Assembly: GCA_007129405.1 (NCBI GenBank)
Contig: SKVN01000054.1
Coordinates: forward strand, 1 to 51,779
Source of the DNA: Kiritimatiellia bacterium
GTDB lineage: Bacteria; Verrucomicrobiota; Kiritimatiellia; UBA8416
DNA length: 51,779 nucleotides
Reading direction: 5' to 3'
Shown piece after piece: positions 37,000 through 48,995 of this stretch. The notes under the pieces are model-generated. The model did not search any database. It was not told the DNA's origin and worked only from the letters and a program-made list of their open reading frames with translations. The translations under genes were made by a program, and so were the position numbers. The stretch's first letter is position 1, and each line of letters starts with the position of its first letter.

Positions 37000-38325
37000 T
37001 TATAGGTCCCGTACGTGCTCCCCTTCGTGCCAAACCCCACGAATACGCCTGCCTTCGATAATTCTTACACCTTCCCCGTGCATTAAACCATTTCGAAACT
37101 CGCCAATAAACTCGGATCCATCCGCAAACCGGTAATGACCACGCCCATGTCTGACGCCCTCCACAAAATTCCCTTCATAACGACTGCCATCCGCAAACAC
37201 ATAAAGACCGGATCCTGTTCGCAAATCTTGGCGAAACTCACCCTTGTACATGTCGCCATTTGCGAATCGGTGAATACCGTGACCATGGCGCTGCCCATTC
37301 ATGAAATCGCCAGCAAACTGCGAACCATCCGGATATAACATGATCCCCCGACCATTAATCATATCGTTCCCAAATTCCCCGACATAACGAGTGCCATCCG
37401 GTTTTGCCAGCCGTCCCAATCCCTGACGAATCCCACGCACAAAAACCCCCTCATAGCGAGTTCCATCTCGCATAATCAAGGTTCCATTTCCATGGTTTAG
37501 ATCATGGTAGAATTGTCCTTCATAACGCTCGCCATTACGGCGCGTATAAATACCCCACCCATGCATCAAACCGCTCTCAAATGTTCCTTCATAGCGATCA
37601 CCATTAGGAAACGTTACCACAGATATAGTACGCGAACTGGTGGTTTGGGCATATCCGGGATCAACATGTTCAGAAACCTCCTCAAAGATATCCGGAAGGG
37701 ATACGCCGTCAAACGAATCCAGTAGCGCGGCCCAGTCAGGCCGCTCATCTTCTCTTGATGGCTCGACCTGTGCGTACAAACGGTTCTCCATCTCGATGGG
37801 GGGGACCACCCCAACGGCAGGGTCATCTAACCGTGCCTGAAGTCGTGCAACTGCAACAGCAAGCTGATCCAATGCTTCACCACGCTGGTTCAATCTCTGA
37901 TCCAACCCTACACGTTCTATTTCAAGCTGTGTCTCGCGTGATGCTATCCAGCGCTGATGTCTTTCGGTCTCAATGCGCAACTGATCAACGGCCTGCTGTT
38001 GCGTGAGCTGTAAACTGTTGATCCGCGAAGACAGGTCTACTTGTGTTCGAGAAAGTTGGCTAACCCGGTTCGACAGACCACCTAACTGAATCGACGTACC
38101 CGCTATTTGGTCCTCCAACCATTCCAGATTCTCAACCACTACCGCAGTTTGTCGCAACATGGCAAGACCAGCCCCGAGAACAATCACCGCAGCAGCAAGA
38201 ACACAAAACAGCAAAAACGAAAAAAACCAAACAAACGCTTTTCGCATCCGAAATCGTTCAGCCACAAACTCATCTTTTAGCCGCAGCATAGCTTGATTGA
38301 TTTGCTGCCCATCCTCTGCCGTCAT
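37000..38325 (-). CDS. Membrane-anchored coiled-coil protein with eight tandem MORN repeats
   Basis: TM helix at about aa 31-56. Gln/Leu-rich coiled coil. Eight exact 23-aa-period units (RYEGxFxxGxxHGxGxxxxxDGx) from aa 244 to about 427, with a partial ninth. Confidence 0.8.
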   Translation of the reverse strand: MTAEDGQQINQAMLRLKDEFVAERFRMRKAFVWFFSFLLFCVLAAAVIVLGAGLAMLRQTAVVVENLEWLEDQIAGTSIQLGGLSNRVSQLSRTQVDLSSRINSLQLTQQQAVDQLRIETERHQRWIASRETQLEIERVGLDQRLNQRGEALDQLAVAVARLQARLDDPAVGVVPPIEMENRLYAQVEPSREDERPDWAALLDSFDGVSLPDIFEEVSEHVDPGYAQTTSSRTISVVTFPNGDRYEGTFESGLMHGWGIYTRRNGERYEGQFYHDLNHGNGTLIMRDGTRYEGVFVRGIRQGLGRLAKPDGTRYVGEFGNDMINGRGIMLYPDGSQFAGDFMNGQRHGHGIHRFANGDMYKGEFRQDLRTGSGLYVFADGSRYEGNFVEGVRHGRGHYRFADGSEFIGEFRNGLMHGEGVRIIEGRRIRGVWHEGEHVRDL

Positions 38326-38327
38326 GA

Positions 38328-38885
38328 CTAATCCCCCACGGGCAATTCACGCGTCATCACGCGTGTTACCGAAATCGTACCATCGACATCCAAACTTGCA
38401 GCCTGCGATGCGATTGTCAAAGTGCGAACCCGCATAAGACCGGGTGTCCTATGAATGGCATCTAAAAACTGCAACAGATTGGGGATTTCTGTTTCATAGT
38501 CCCCCACTTCAATCACGTAGGTTACCAAATAATCGGTTGTCTCTGGGGACAGATGCCGCATCGAACGAAGCTGAACCCCACTCGACAGAGCTAACTCATC
38601 CAACGCATCCTTGAAAGATTCAATGGTTTCTGATTGGGCCCCCGTCACACCTAGCACATCCTTTATATCCAGATACTGCTCTCGGACAGAATCCTCATAC
38701 TGCAAAACACCAAGGGATCGCCTTAGTTCCCCCTCTTCGGTCAGTATGGCAGCATCTAAAGCATCTAGCTGCCGGAACGCTGGTTTAAAAACAAAAGCAT
38801 CTGCAACCATGAGAACCATAAACCCTACCGCGAGCAGAAGACCGACTCGTTCCCGCAGCGGCAACTGGGCAAGCTTCATAATCAT
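38328..38885 (-). CDS. GspM/PilO-like assembly-platform protein
   Basis: Single N-terminal TM, short coiled coil and ferredoxin-like C-terminus. 4-nt overlap with the upstream GspL-like gene. Confidence 0.55.
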   Translation of the reverse strand: MIMKLAQLPLRERVGLLLAVGFMVLMVADAFVFKPAFRQLDALDAAILTEEGELRRSLGVLQYEDSVREQYLDIKDVLGVTGAQSETIESFKDALDELALSSGVQLRSMRHLSPETTDYLVTYVIEVGDYETEIPNLLQFLDAIHRTPGLMRVRTLTIASQAASLDVDGTISVTRVMTRELPVGD

Positions 38886-40360
38886 GATGAATGTCCCCCT
38901 GTAATCCGGCCATTGATTTGAAACCGAAACCTTTCTCTATTATCCATAGCTGTACCACCTGCTTCCTCCACCTGCTTAAAATAAGGTGTTTCCTCTAATA
39001 AGCGTATTAACTCTCGTATATCTCGGCGCTGCGGCGCTGAACCTTGAATGGATATACGTCCATTCTCGATCTGCAACGAAAGAGAATCGAGAAAAACCCC
39101 TTCAGGAACAGCCGCATGTATGACTGGCAGCAAGTGCTCTGGCATCACCTGTATTTCCTGACGACCACGAGTCGCCCGAAGAATTTCCACTCTCCGCTCT
39201 ACCTGCATCACCTGGGGAAGCAGCAATGCCGTTTCTGCCTTAAGCTCTTCCAAATACTGCACCCGATTCCATGCCCCTAAGGAAAAAAACAGTGATGCCG
39301 CCACCAGCAAAGCGGCCACCGCTGAAGTCAAACCCGCCCAGCCCTTGCCAAGCAACAGTAGACGCTGGCGCATCGCATATACATCTGGCACAAAGTGTAG
39401 AGCAAGTTTATCGGGAGCAAGAGCCATTCCAATAAGGCCCGTCAGCGATACAGAAGATCTCACTTCATTCGTCAAATGTTCTTCAGCCACAGGATTCACC
39501 TTCACATCCTGCAAAGGATCAACACTTTCACAGGAAACGTTCAAAGACGCTTGCAGGGCATTAACCATTTCCGGGGTGCGGGCAGATTCTGCCCCTGAAA
39601 GCAACAGAACATCAAAGCCTTTCCCTTGCAATACATCCTCGCAGGCACGTGCCGCTTCCTGTACGCGCTCGACAAATGCATCCACACCGGCATCCACTTG
39701 CTTAACGCCCCATAAAAGACTCTTTGTAAAAATCACTTGGCGATCTCGTATGACCAGCATGTGCGTAAAATACGAATCAACATCCAACGACAAAACAACT
39801 TTTTCCGCAGGCATGGATCGCGTGTGATACAACACCCATTGTAATACACCTTCAGATGAAACCCCCATACGATCCACAGCAAGCCCCGCATCCTCAATCG
39901 CGTAATAACGCTCGCGCACGATGCTCCGCTGCACAATGGCCAGCAACACACGCATGTAGGTTCCCCGCCGCGTCTGACCAACCATTTTGATTCCAGACAA
40001 AATCTCCTGAATCGAGTATGGGGTCTGGCGACTAACCTGCAATTCAACCATGTCCTTAATTTCAGTCGGGTCAATAGAAGGTAATTCCAGCAGTCGTACG
40101 TTAACTAACTGACGAGGAATACTGCAAAGAAGCGGAACATTTGCAAACTTCACCGCCTTGAAAGCTTTTTGCAAACTTTCCCCAACTATGGTTGAAGCAT
40201 CTACTCGCTCGAAATAAGCTTTACTAAGTGTTAAACCAGAGCGCTGACTTGTAAGTTCCAGCACCTTGATCCAATCGCTGCTTACCTCCAGAAACACTGC
40301 CGTGGGCCGCGGGCTCAAGCGTACCGCACTAGAATCCTCCGCTAACATCTTTTTTGCCAT
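38882..40360 (-). CDS. GspL-like protein (PilM-type actin-like cytoplasmic domain + TM + PilN-like periplasmic domain)
   Basis: 492 aa. One central TM (GLTSAVAALLVAASLFFSLGAW). Its position lies between GspK-like and GspM-like genes. Confidence 0.6.
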   Translation of the reverse strand: MAKKMLAEDSSAVRLSPRPTAVFLEVSSDWIKVLELTSQRSGLTLSKAYFERVDASTIVGESLQKAFKAVKFANVPLLCSIPRQLVNVRLLELPSIDPTEIKDMVELQVSRQTPYSIQEILSGIKMVGQTRRGTYMRVLLAIVQRSIVRERYYAIEDAGLAVDRMGVSSEGVLQWVLYHTRSMPAEKVVLSLDVDSYFTHMLVIRDRQVIFTKSLLWGVKQVDAGVDAFVERVQEAARACEDVLQGKGFDVLLLSGAESARTPEMVNALQASLNVSCESVDPLQDVKVNPVAEEHLTNEVRSSVSLTGLIGMALAPDKLALHFVPDVYAMRQRLLLLGKGWAGLTSAVAALLVAASLFFSLGAWNRVQYLEELKAETALLLPQVMQVERRVEILRATRGRQEIQVMPEHLLPVIHAAVPEGVFLDSLSLQIENGRISIQGSAPQRRDIRELIRLLEETPYFKQVEEAGGTAMDNRERFRFQINGRITGGHSS

Positions 40361-40385
40361 GATTTATTCCCCAAATATTGCAGCG

Positions 40386-41345
40386 CTATTTCTCACGCCA
40401 CAAAACGAATTGACCTGCTACTGTATCCCACACAAATTCAATTTCCATACCCGCACCCGGCAATTCCTCGCCACCTACCGCGACGCCCCGAAACGCAGTT
40501 GAAGCAACCCCCATCGGCCCCCGTGCCCAAGTCCCCCTTTTTATATCCGGCATACGTGTTTTGAAATCTGCCCGACTCAAAAACCCGCGTTCTTTTCTGG
40601 CCGTAATAATTTGATCAGCCAATTCTTCGGCATTGCGAACCATCTCTGTATCACCTGTGGACACAAAATACGCCACCAAAACGGCTCTTGTCGCACTATT
40701 CACATTGATTACATCAGCCCGACCATACACCGTCAAGTGAGGCGCGAGCCTTGCATATAAATCCGCATCAACGCCTTCAATCATTCGCAAATCTTCAACC
40801 GATCGAAACACGGGGCGATCATACGAATCATTCCCCCCGCTTGTCAATCCAGCACCGCCCCCCCCTGCTCCTTCAAAAAGATTTTGTGCAACCTGTCTCC
40901 CCGCTTCTCCGCCTACATATAAAAATAGCTGCTTTAGCAACTCCGGGTTATGAAGATTTAAATGTAGCCTCCCCGACTCCCCCACAATACCCGTGTAGTA
41001 TTCTTGCTCATCCGGCATGGTAAAATATACCGTTTGCTCGACCGGGCGAACGACCAGCCCTTCCCGTGGTAAATGAAACAACCGCGCATTTCGGTTCCAG
41101 GCATCTGCACAAACACCATCCCAGATATTCGTCGAATAATCCGGATGAATTTGTTCCTCAAGCACAGCCACGGCCCAAGCAGCCACACTCGCAGCCTCCA
41201 TCCTGGCCAATACGCGTGACTGCAACCGATCCGCTGCTTGCAAGACCGCCCACACATGCCCTGCCGCTGCTACCGTAAGAGCAGCCAGGAAAAATAGCAC
41301 CCAAAGAGCCAGAATCAGAATACTTGCTTGTTTTCTTTGCATCAT
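40386..41345 (-). CDS. gspK: GspK-like minor pseudopilin
   Basis: N-terminal hydrophobic helix QASILILALWVLFFLAAL without a Gly-Phe cleavage motif. Contains a VINVNSATRAVL (HhH-like) segment typical of GspK. Confidence 0.6.
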   Translation of the reverse strand: MMQRKQASILILALWVLFFLAALTVAAAGHVWAVLQAADRLQSRVLARMEAASVAAWAVAVLEEQIHPDYSTNIWDGVCADAWNRNARLFHLPREGLVVRPVEQTVYFTMPDEQEYYTGIVGESGRLHLNLHNPELLKQLFLYVGGEAGRQVAQNLFEGAGGGGAGLTSGGNDSYDRPVFRSVEDLRMIEGVDADLYARLAPHLTVYGRADVINVNSATRAVLVAYFVSTGDTEMVRNAEELADQIITARKERGFLSRADFKTRMPDIKRGTWARGPMGVASTAFRGVAVGGEELPGAGMEIEFVWDTVAGQFVLWREK

Positions 41346-41914
41346 TTTGGTTCATCCTCTTCGAGCGGGTTATGGGGTAGCACCATGGTTCTCTCCACAA
41401 TCAGCTCACCATCAGCAACCAGCCCATGAACAACCATCCGGATAGCTCTTGGCATATTTGTATTGGACTCCCACGCTGGCAACCAATCTTCACTGCCGTT
41501 TGGAGAAGCATACCAGAAAGTAACATCGAAATCATAGGGGACCAGTGAAATACCGGATTGTTCCATCGCAAGGGTACCACGCGCGCCAACCCGGTACAGC
41601 AAACCGCCCGATTCTGGCGCAAGCACTTGCACCTCTTGTTTGTCTCCTGCAACAAGAGGTCCCCGCACAAACCGTAATTCGCGAGAACCAAAATGGTAAT
41701 CGGCTGCCGGTATGACATACCCCAAATCCTGCTCTAGTGCCTCCCCCGCAAGATAGATCTCTGCTTCGCGATTGCCGAAGTCACGTATCCGCGCATACAC
41801 GCGAAATCCGCCTTCAAAACAGGCGAAGACAACCATCATTACGCCAGCGATAATAGACAGCGTAACCAGTAGCTCCAGCAACGTAAACCCGCTAGTAGAA
41901 AAAATGCGCTTCAC
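41342..41914 (-). CDS. Minor pseudopilin, GspJ-like
   Basis: Prepilin-type N-terminus SGFTLLELLVTLSI. Confidence 0.65.
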   Translation of the reverse strand: MKRIFSTSGFTLLELLVTLSIIAGVMMVVFACFEGGFRVYARIRDFGNREAEIYLAGEALEQDLGYVIPAADYHFGSRELRFVRGPLVAGDKQEVQVLAPESGGLLYRVGARGTLAMEQSGISLVPYDFDVTFWYASPNGSEDWLPAWESNTNMPRAIRMVVHGLVADGELIVERTMVLPHNPLEEDEPK

Positions 41915-42288
41915 GGCACATCCCCGCGATCTGGAGCAATATACACGAGCATTTCATAAGCACCACCGACAGCAACATTTTCATCTGCATCACGCCAGAG
42001 CACCCGATACAACCCCGCATGCCCGGCAAAATCCTCTTCAATCGTGATACCTCCCCCACTTTCGGGAGCCACACCCTGCAATGCCTCATACCGTATGCAG
42101 GCAAATTGCTCCTGTGCCGCCATGGTCGAACGTGTTCGGTGCACCCCCATGTTCCACACATGCAAAACACTGTGCAGCCCCTGCAATACGAGCACCAAAC
42201 CTGTTGAAAGAACAACAACCGTTATGAGTATCTCGAGAAGCGTAAACCCGCAGAGGTTTGTTTGTGACGATCGGCGCATCGCGACCAC
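41911..42288 (-). CDS. Minor pseudopilin, GspI/GspH-like
   Basis: Prepilin-type N-terminus CGFTLLEILITVVV. GTG 42288 or ATG 42279 start. Confidence 0.65.
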   Translation of the reverse strand: MVAMRRSSQTNLCGFTLLEILITVVVLSTGLVLVLQGLHSVLHVWNMGVHRTRSTMAAQEQFACIRYEALQGVAPESGGGITIEEDFAGHAGLYRVLWRDADENVAVGGAYEMLVYIAPDRGDVP

Positions 42289-42297
42289 GCCTTCGCG

Positions 42298-42711
42298 TTA
42301 AGAGTCAATATTACTGATTTTTGCACCTGGCCCCCCGCCTGGCGGACCATCAGACCATACCTCAAATCCTGCAGGTCCTGTATCGCGGCGATATTGATAA
42401 TGATTTCCCCATGGATCTTCTGGTTCTTTTTCCAGATAAGGCCCCTTCCATGTTCCCAGTCGCCGACCCGTCCCGCCTCCTGGATCTTGCATCAAAGCGT
42501 TTAAACCTTGATCATTCGTGGGATATTCTCCCATGTCCAACCGATAAAATCGCAAGGCTGATGTGATTGATGCGATTTCTGCCCTGGCAATATTAATGCG
42601 CGCATCATCAGCACGATCCATAATGCGAGGAAGCACCATCCCTGCCAACGATGCCAGAATAATCACGACAATCATCAATTCAATTAGCGTAAATCCTGAT
42701 TTTCCTTTCAA
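42298..42711 (-). CDS. gspG: Major pseudopilin GspG
   Basis: TTG start. KSGFTLIELMIVVIIL plus WKGPYLEKEPEDPWGNHYQY, the GspG signature. Confidence 0.9.
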   Translation of the reverse strand: MKGKSGFTLIELMIVVIILASLAGMVLPRIMDRADDARINIARAEIASITSALRFYRLDMGEYPTNDQGLNALMQDPGGGTGRRLGTWKGPYLEKEPEDPWGNHYQYRRDTGPAGFEVWSDGPPGGGPGAKISNIDS

Positions 42712-42806
42712 ACCGATTCTCCTTTACTCCGCATTTGCATTCTCACATATATCTGCAATCGGGGCATTCTATCTGAGTATTTGATGCCTGTAAATTGTAT
42801 TTCAAC

Positions 42807-44009
42807 TTAGCGCAATCGCCCGCCCAATTCAAAGATCGGCATCAACATCGCAAAAACAATAAAGCCGACCAACCCACCGACAAATAGCAAAAGCAGTGGT
42901 TCGATTAGTGCCGTTGCAATACGCCCTTGGCGATTCACAGATGCCTCATAGTATTTTGCTATATCTTCTAATGACTCCTCCAGCCGACCCGTCTCTTCTC
43001 CTACCGAAACCATATTTGCAAAAAAGGGCGGAAACCATACAGAACTGCGCAAACCGCTAGAGAGTCGGATGCCTTGCTGAACGGTACGGATTCTTACTGT
43101 ATCTACCTCGCCCTGCAAAACAGTATTGGACATCGTATTTGCACTTAATCGCAACACGCTTTCAATGGGAATACCCGAACGCACCAGCAAAGCAAAAGTA
43201 CGTGCAAAACGCCCCATTTCCACATCCCGCAAAAAACGTCCAAGCAAAGGGGTTCGCAAAAGCGCAGTATCCAACATGATACGCCCCGTCTGCATGAGGG
43301 CAATGCGACGAATAATTACGGCCACCAACACAATCGATATAACAACCCAATGACCCTGATTCGTTAAAAAACCACTCATAGAAAGCAAAATACGAGTTGC
43401 CGCGGGAAGATCAGCGGATTGATCGAACAATCGCATCACACGTGGCATAAAAAAAGTCAACAGAATCACCACGGTGATCATACCTACGATACCAACCAAG
43501 ACAGGATAGGCCATCGCAGCCTGCACCTGACGTCGACTTTCCTCTTCTTTTTCACGCGCGTCAGCCAATCTTTCCAGCATCGTGTCCAGCATACCGGATG
43601 CCTCACCTGCTTCCACCATGCTCACATATAAAGATGGGAACAACTTGGGATAAGCTTTTATCGCTTCAGAAAGCATGCAACCATCACGTATGGAACCAGC
43701 AACGTCTTCCAGTATGGGGCGCAAATTAGAAGATTCGGTCTGATCTTGTATATTATGCATAGCCTGCATAACCGGAATACCACCACGGATCATACTTGCG
43801 AGCTGACGTGTGAAAATCGTGATATCCCCAGCACGCACAGAACCAACACGATGCCGTTTCCCAACGGAACCATCAACCGGTTTTACCCATATGGGTGTTA
43901 ATCCCCGTGACTCGATATGCGCCAAGGCTGCGGCGCGCGATTCAGCAGCCAGCTCACGTTCAATCGTTTTGCCAGGACCTTGTTTGGCTTTATAACGATA
44001 CTGTGGCAT
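42807..44009 (-). CDS. gspF: Type II secretion platform protein GspF (PilC family)
   Basis: 400 aa. Two T2SSF repeats and three TM segments. Confidence 0.9.
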   Translation of the reverse strand: MPQYRYKAKQGPGKTIERELAAESRAAALAHIESRGLTPIWVKPVDGSVGKRHRVGSVRAGDITIFTRQLASMIRGGIPVMQAMHNIQDQTESSNLRPILEDVAGSIRDGCMLSEAIKAYPKLFPSLYVSMVEAGEASGMLDTMLERLADAREKEEESRRQVQAAMAYPVLVGIVGMITVVILLTFFMPRVMRLFDQSADLPAATRILLSMSGFLTNQGHWVVISIVLVAVIIRRIALMQTGRIMLDTALLRTPLLGRFLRDVEMGRFARTFALLVRSGIPIESVLRLSANTMSNTVLQGEVDTVRIRTVQQGIRLSSGLRSSVWFPPFFANMVSVGEETGRLEESLEDIAKYYEASVNRQGRIATALIEPLLLLFVGGLVGFIVFAMLMPIFELGGRLR

Positions 44010-44098
44010 ACGATCCTATCTTTCTTCTCCCACGTCGATGCTTGTTAAAAAACAATCTGTATTCCTGATGATGGCTACCTGTTCACCAAACTTCGTTT

Positions 44099-45733
44099 CT
44101 AAGCAAGCGTAACACGCAAAAGTTCCTCTTCCGTTGTCAACCCACCACGCACTTTACGCAAACCATCCTCGCGCAGGGTATCAAAGCCAAGTTGATTCGC
44201 CTTCTCCCGAATCGCCTGGGCCGAGGAGCGAGCCAGAATCAAATTGCTTATCGTATCATCAAGGGGCAAGAATTCACAAATAGCGATACGACCACGATAC
44301 CCTGTTTGATTACAGGCATGACACCCCGCACCTTTGAATAACGTATGCCCATCTTGCTCGAACGATGTGCGACAGGATTCACAAATCGTACGCACCAGTC
44401 GTTGCGCCATAAATGATTGTACGGTTGACGTGATCAAATAGGGGTCAATGCCCATATCGATCAAGCGTGCAGCACCTCCCGCCGCATCATTCGTGTGTAA
44501 CGTGCTAAGCACCAGATGCCCTGTCATCGAAGTCTGGACAGCAATTTCTGCCGTTTCCTTGTCCCGGACCTCGCCAACCATCATCACATCGGGATCATGG
44601 CGCAACATACTCCGCAATGCCGTTGCAAATGTTAATCCAATGCGTGGATTCACTTGTGTTTGTGTGATCCCCGGCAGTTCGTATTCAACAGGATCCTCAA
44701 TCGTTATAATTTTGCGCTCGCGCTTATTCAGCCGACTCAAACATGCATACAACGTTGTGCTTTTCCCACTTCCGGTTGGTCCTGTTACAAACAAGATTCC
44801 GTACGGGGCACTGATATAAGACTGTAAACGAGCGACATGCTGTTGATCAAACCCTAGATCCTCCAAATGGTAAAGCATCCGCGAAGGCAATATACGAATC
44901 ACAACATCTTCACCATACATACTAGGAACAATGGAAATACGTAGATCATAGTTACGTTTTGCAATCGTAACGCGTGCACGTCCATCTTGTGGAAGTCGAC
45001 GCTCCACGATATTCAATCCTGCCATCAATTTAATGCGAGAAACAATGGAGGCATATAAACTATCCATCTTTTCCGATGTCGACGTGTCGTACAGCACACC
45101 GTCGATTCTCCGGCGCACGATGACGCCGCTACGATGCCGTTCCACATGCAAATCGGTAGCCCGATCCGAAATCGCATCTTTGAGCAACTGATTCACAAGA
45201 CGAACCACCGATGCATCAAGAGTTTGACTGTCCACATCCAACGCTTCGGTCTGCATGACAGGCGTTTCATCCACTACAACCCGGTTCGCCAGAATGCGTT
45301 CCACGGTATCTGCACCAACACCGTAGTACCGTTGTAAAGCCTCTTCAATATCAATTTGCGTGGCAAGGACACGCCGAACCTGAACGCCGAGAGCCGTTTC
45401 AATATCTTCGACACAGCGTAAATCAATGGGATCGGAAACCGCGATCGTAAGTCGACCGGATTCATCTCGAATCGGCATCACTTTGTAATGCGCAGCCAAT
45501 TTGGCACTAAGCTTGCGAACCGTAGCGACAGGAATATCAAGATCGCGGAGCCCCACAAACTCCATATGATGTGAAGCAGCATAAGCTTCCAGTATCCCCC
45601 TTGTATCTAGGCCATTTTGGCGTAACAATACCGTGATCAAAGGCGCAAATGTCACATCAGCTTCCTGCTGACACACCGCAAGCTGTTCCGGCGTCACCAA
45701 ACCGGCCTTCAGAATACGTTCCGTAAATTGCAT
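44099..45733 (-). CDS. gspE: Type II secretion ATPase GspE (PulE/PilB family)
   Basis: Walker A GPTGSGKST, Asp box, Walker B, His box and tetra-Cys motif (CESC ... CHAC). ATG 45733 is preferred over GTG 45739 on the basis of GGAGGAG spacing. Confidence 0.9.
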   Translation of the reverse strand: MQFTERILKAGLVTPEQLAVCQQEADVTFAPLITVLLRQNGLDTRGILEAYAASHHMEFVGLRDLDIPVATVRKLSAKLAAHYKVMPIRDESGRLTIAVSDPIDLRCVEDIETALGVQVRRVLATQIDIEEALQRYYGVGADTVERILANRVVVDETPVMQTEALDVDSQTLDASVVRLVNQLLKDAISDRATDLHVERHRSGVIVRRRIDGVLYDTSTSEKMDSLYASIVSRIKLMAGLNIVERRLPQDGRARVTIAKRNYDLRISIVPSMYGEDVVIRILPSRMLYHLEDLGFDQQHVARLQSYISAPYGILFVTGPTGSGKSTTLYACLSRLNKRERKIITIEDPVEYELPGITQTQVNPRIGLTFATALRSMLRHDPDVMMVGEVRDKETAEIAVQTSMTGHLVLSTLHTNDAAGGAARLIDMGIDPYLITSTVQSFMAQRLVRTICESCRTSFEQDGHTLFKGAGCHACNQTGYRGRIAICEFLPLDDTISNLILARSSAQAIREKANQLGFDTLREDGLRKVRGGLTTEEELLRVTLA

Positions 45734-45777
45734 CAGCACATGCTCCTCCGGGAACAGCCTACAAGCCCAATTCGCCC

Positions 45778-48145
<2,368 letters not shown>

Positions 48146-48187
48146 GCTCGAGGCCTTCCATACTACTAGCCTAGGAACTTCGCAGTA

Positions 48188-48937
48188 CTAATCATGGTGA
48201 ACCGCCTTCTTAACCTCAAGCACAGCTTCGCGGTAACGGTTCAACAAACTTCCGTCAATTTCCAAACTTCCCATCTTCAAAACCACGCCCGACAATAACG
48301 ATTCATCCACATTCTCCGTAAGCGTGGCGTCCTTGTGGAATTTTTCGCGCAATACGGATGTAAGCTCCTCACGCACCGTATCAGGTAAGCTATGACTGGT
48401 AGTAATCTGCGCATCAGATGTATCAACGGTCACGGCACCAGGCTCAACCTCGCCCAAAGCCGCAATCAGCTCTCCCGTAAACAAGGCGTTTAACTCGGCG
48501 GTCAATAGATCACTGAAAACCAAATGGAATATCTCACCGCCATAGTTTACGGCTTTCTCCTCCATTTCACGCAAAACTTGATCCCGTAATTTCTGCTCAC
48601 TTGCTTTTGCCTGGTCGATAATCTTCTGCGCATCCTGTTTGGCCTCATTCACGGAAAGTTCCTTCAGCCGGGCGGCCTCACGCTTCGCCTCATCCTGCAA
48701 ACCTTCGATTTGCCGTTCAAATTCCGCCTTCCTCTCCGCCAAATCCCGCTCGTGTTGGTCGACTTCCAAACGCATACTTTCTTCACGCTTACGAACTTCC
48801 TCCTCCACCTCACGCACGCGTGCCACCGCACGACTAGCTGAACCTTGCATGTAAAGCCGGACTAAAATGATAATGGCACCCAACACCACTACGTGCAGGC
48901 CTAAAATCGGAGCGGCTACCATCAAAACTTCCCTCAT
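48188..48937 (-). CDS. atpF: Fo subunit b with a delta(OSCP) C-terminal-domain-like tail
   Basis: N-terminal TM, then about 110 aa of charged coiled coil. The C-terminus DESLLSGVVLKMGSLEIDGSLLNRYREA parallels the delta pattern D.s..GGv.i..Gd.[10 protein letters not shown]. Confidence 0.6.
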   Translation of the reverse strand: MREVLMVAAPILGLHVVVLGAIIILVRLYMQGSASRAVARVREVEEEVRKREESMRLEVDQHERDLAERKAEFERQIEGLQDEAKREAARLKELSVNEAKQDAQKIIDQAKASEQKLRDQVLREMEEKAVNYGGEIFHLVFSDLLTAELNALFTGELIAALGEVEPGAVTVDTSDAQITTSHSLPDTVREELTSVLREKFHKDATLTENVDESLLSGVVLKMGSLEIDGSLLNRYREAVLEVKKAVHHD

Positions 48938-48995
48938 GATTCCCTTTCGTCGTTAATTCGGACCCAATAATGGGTACACCATACTTGTATTTAGC

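Noticed and set aside
37000-45739. Type IVa pilus machinery rather than T2SS
   Set aside because: The major pilin has the GspG-specific DPWGNxYxY core and a GspK-like minor pseudopilin is present. There is no PilT-type retraction ATPase and no long pilin. The alternative is not fully excluded without phylogeny.
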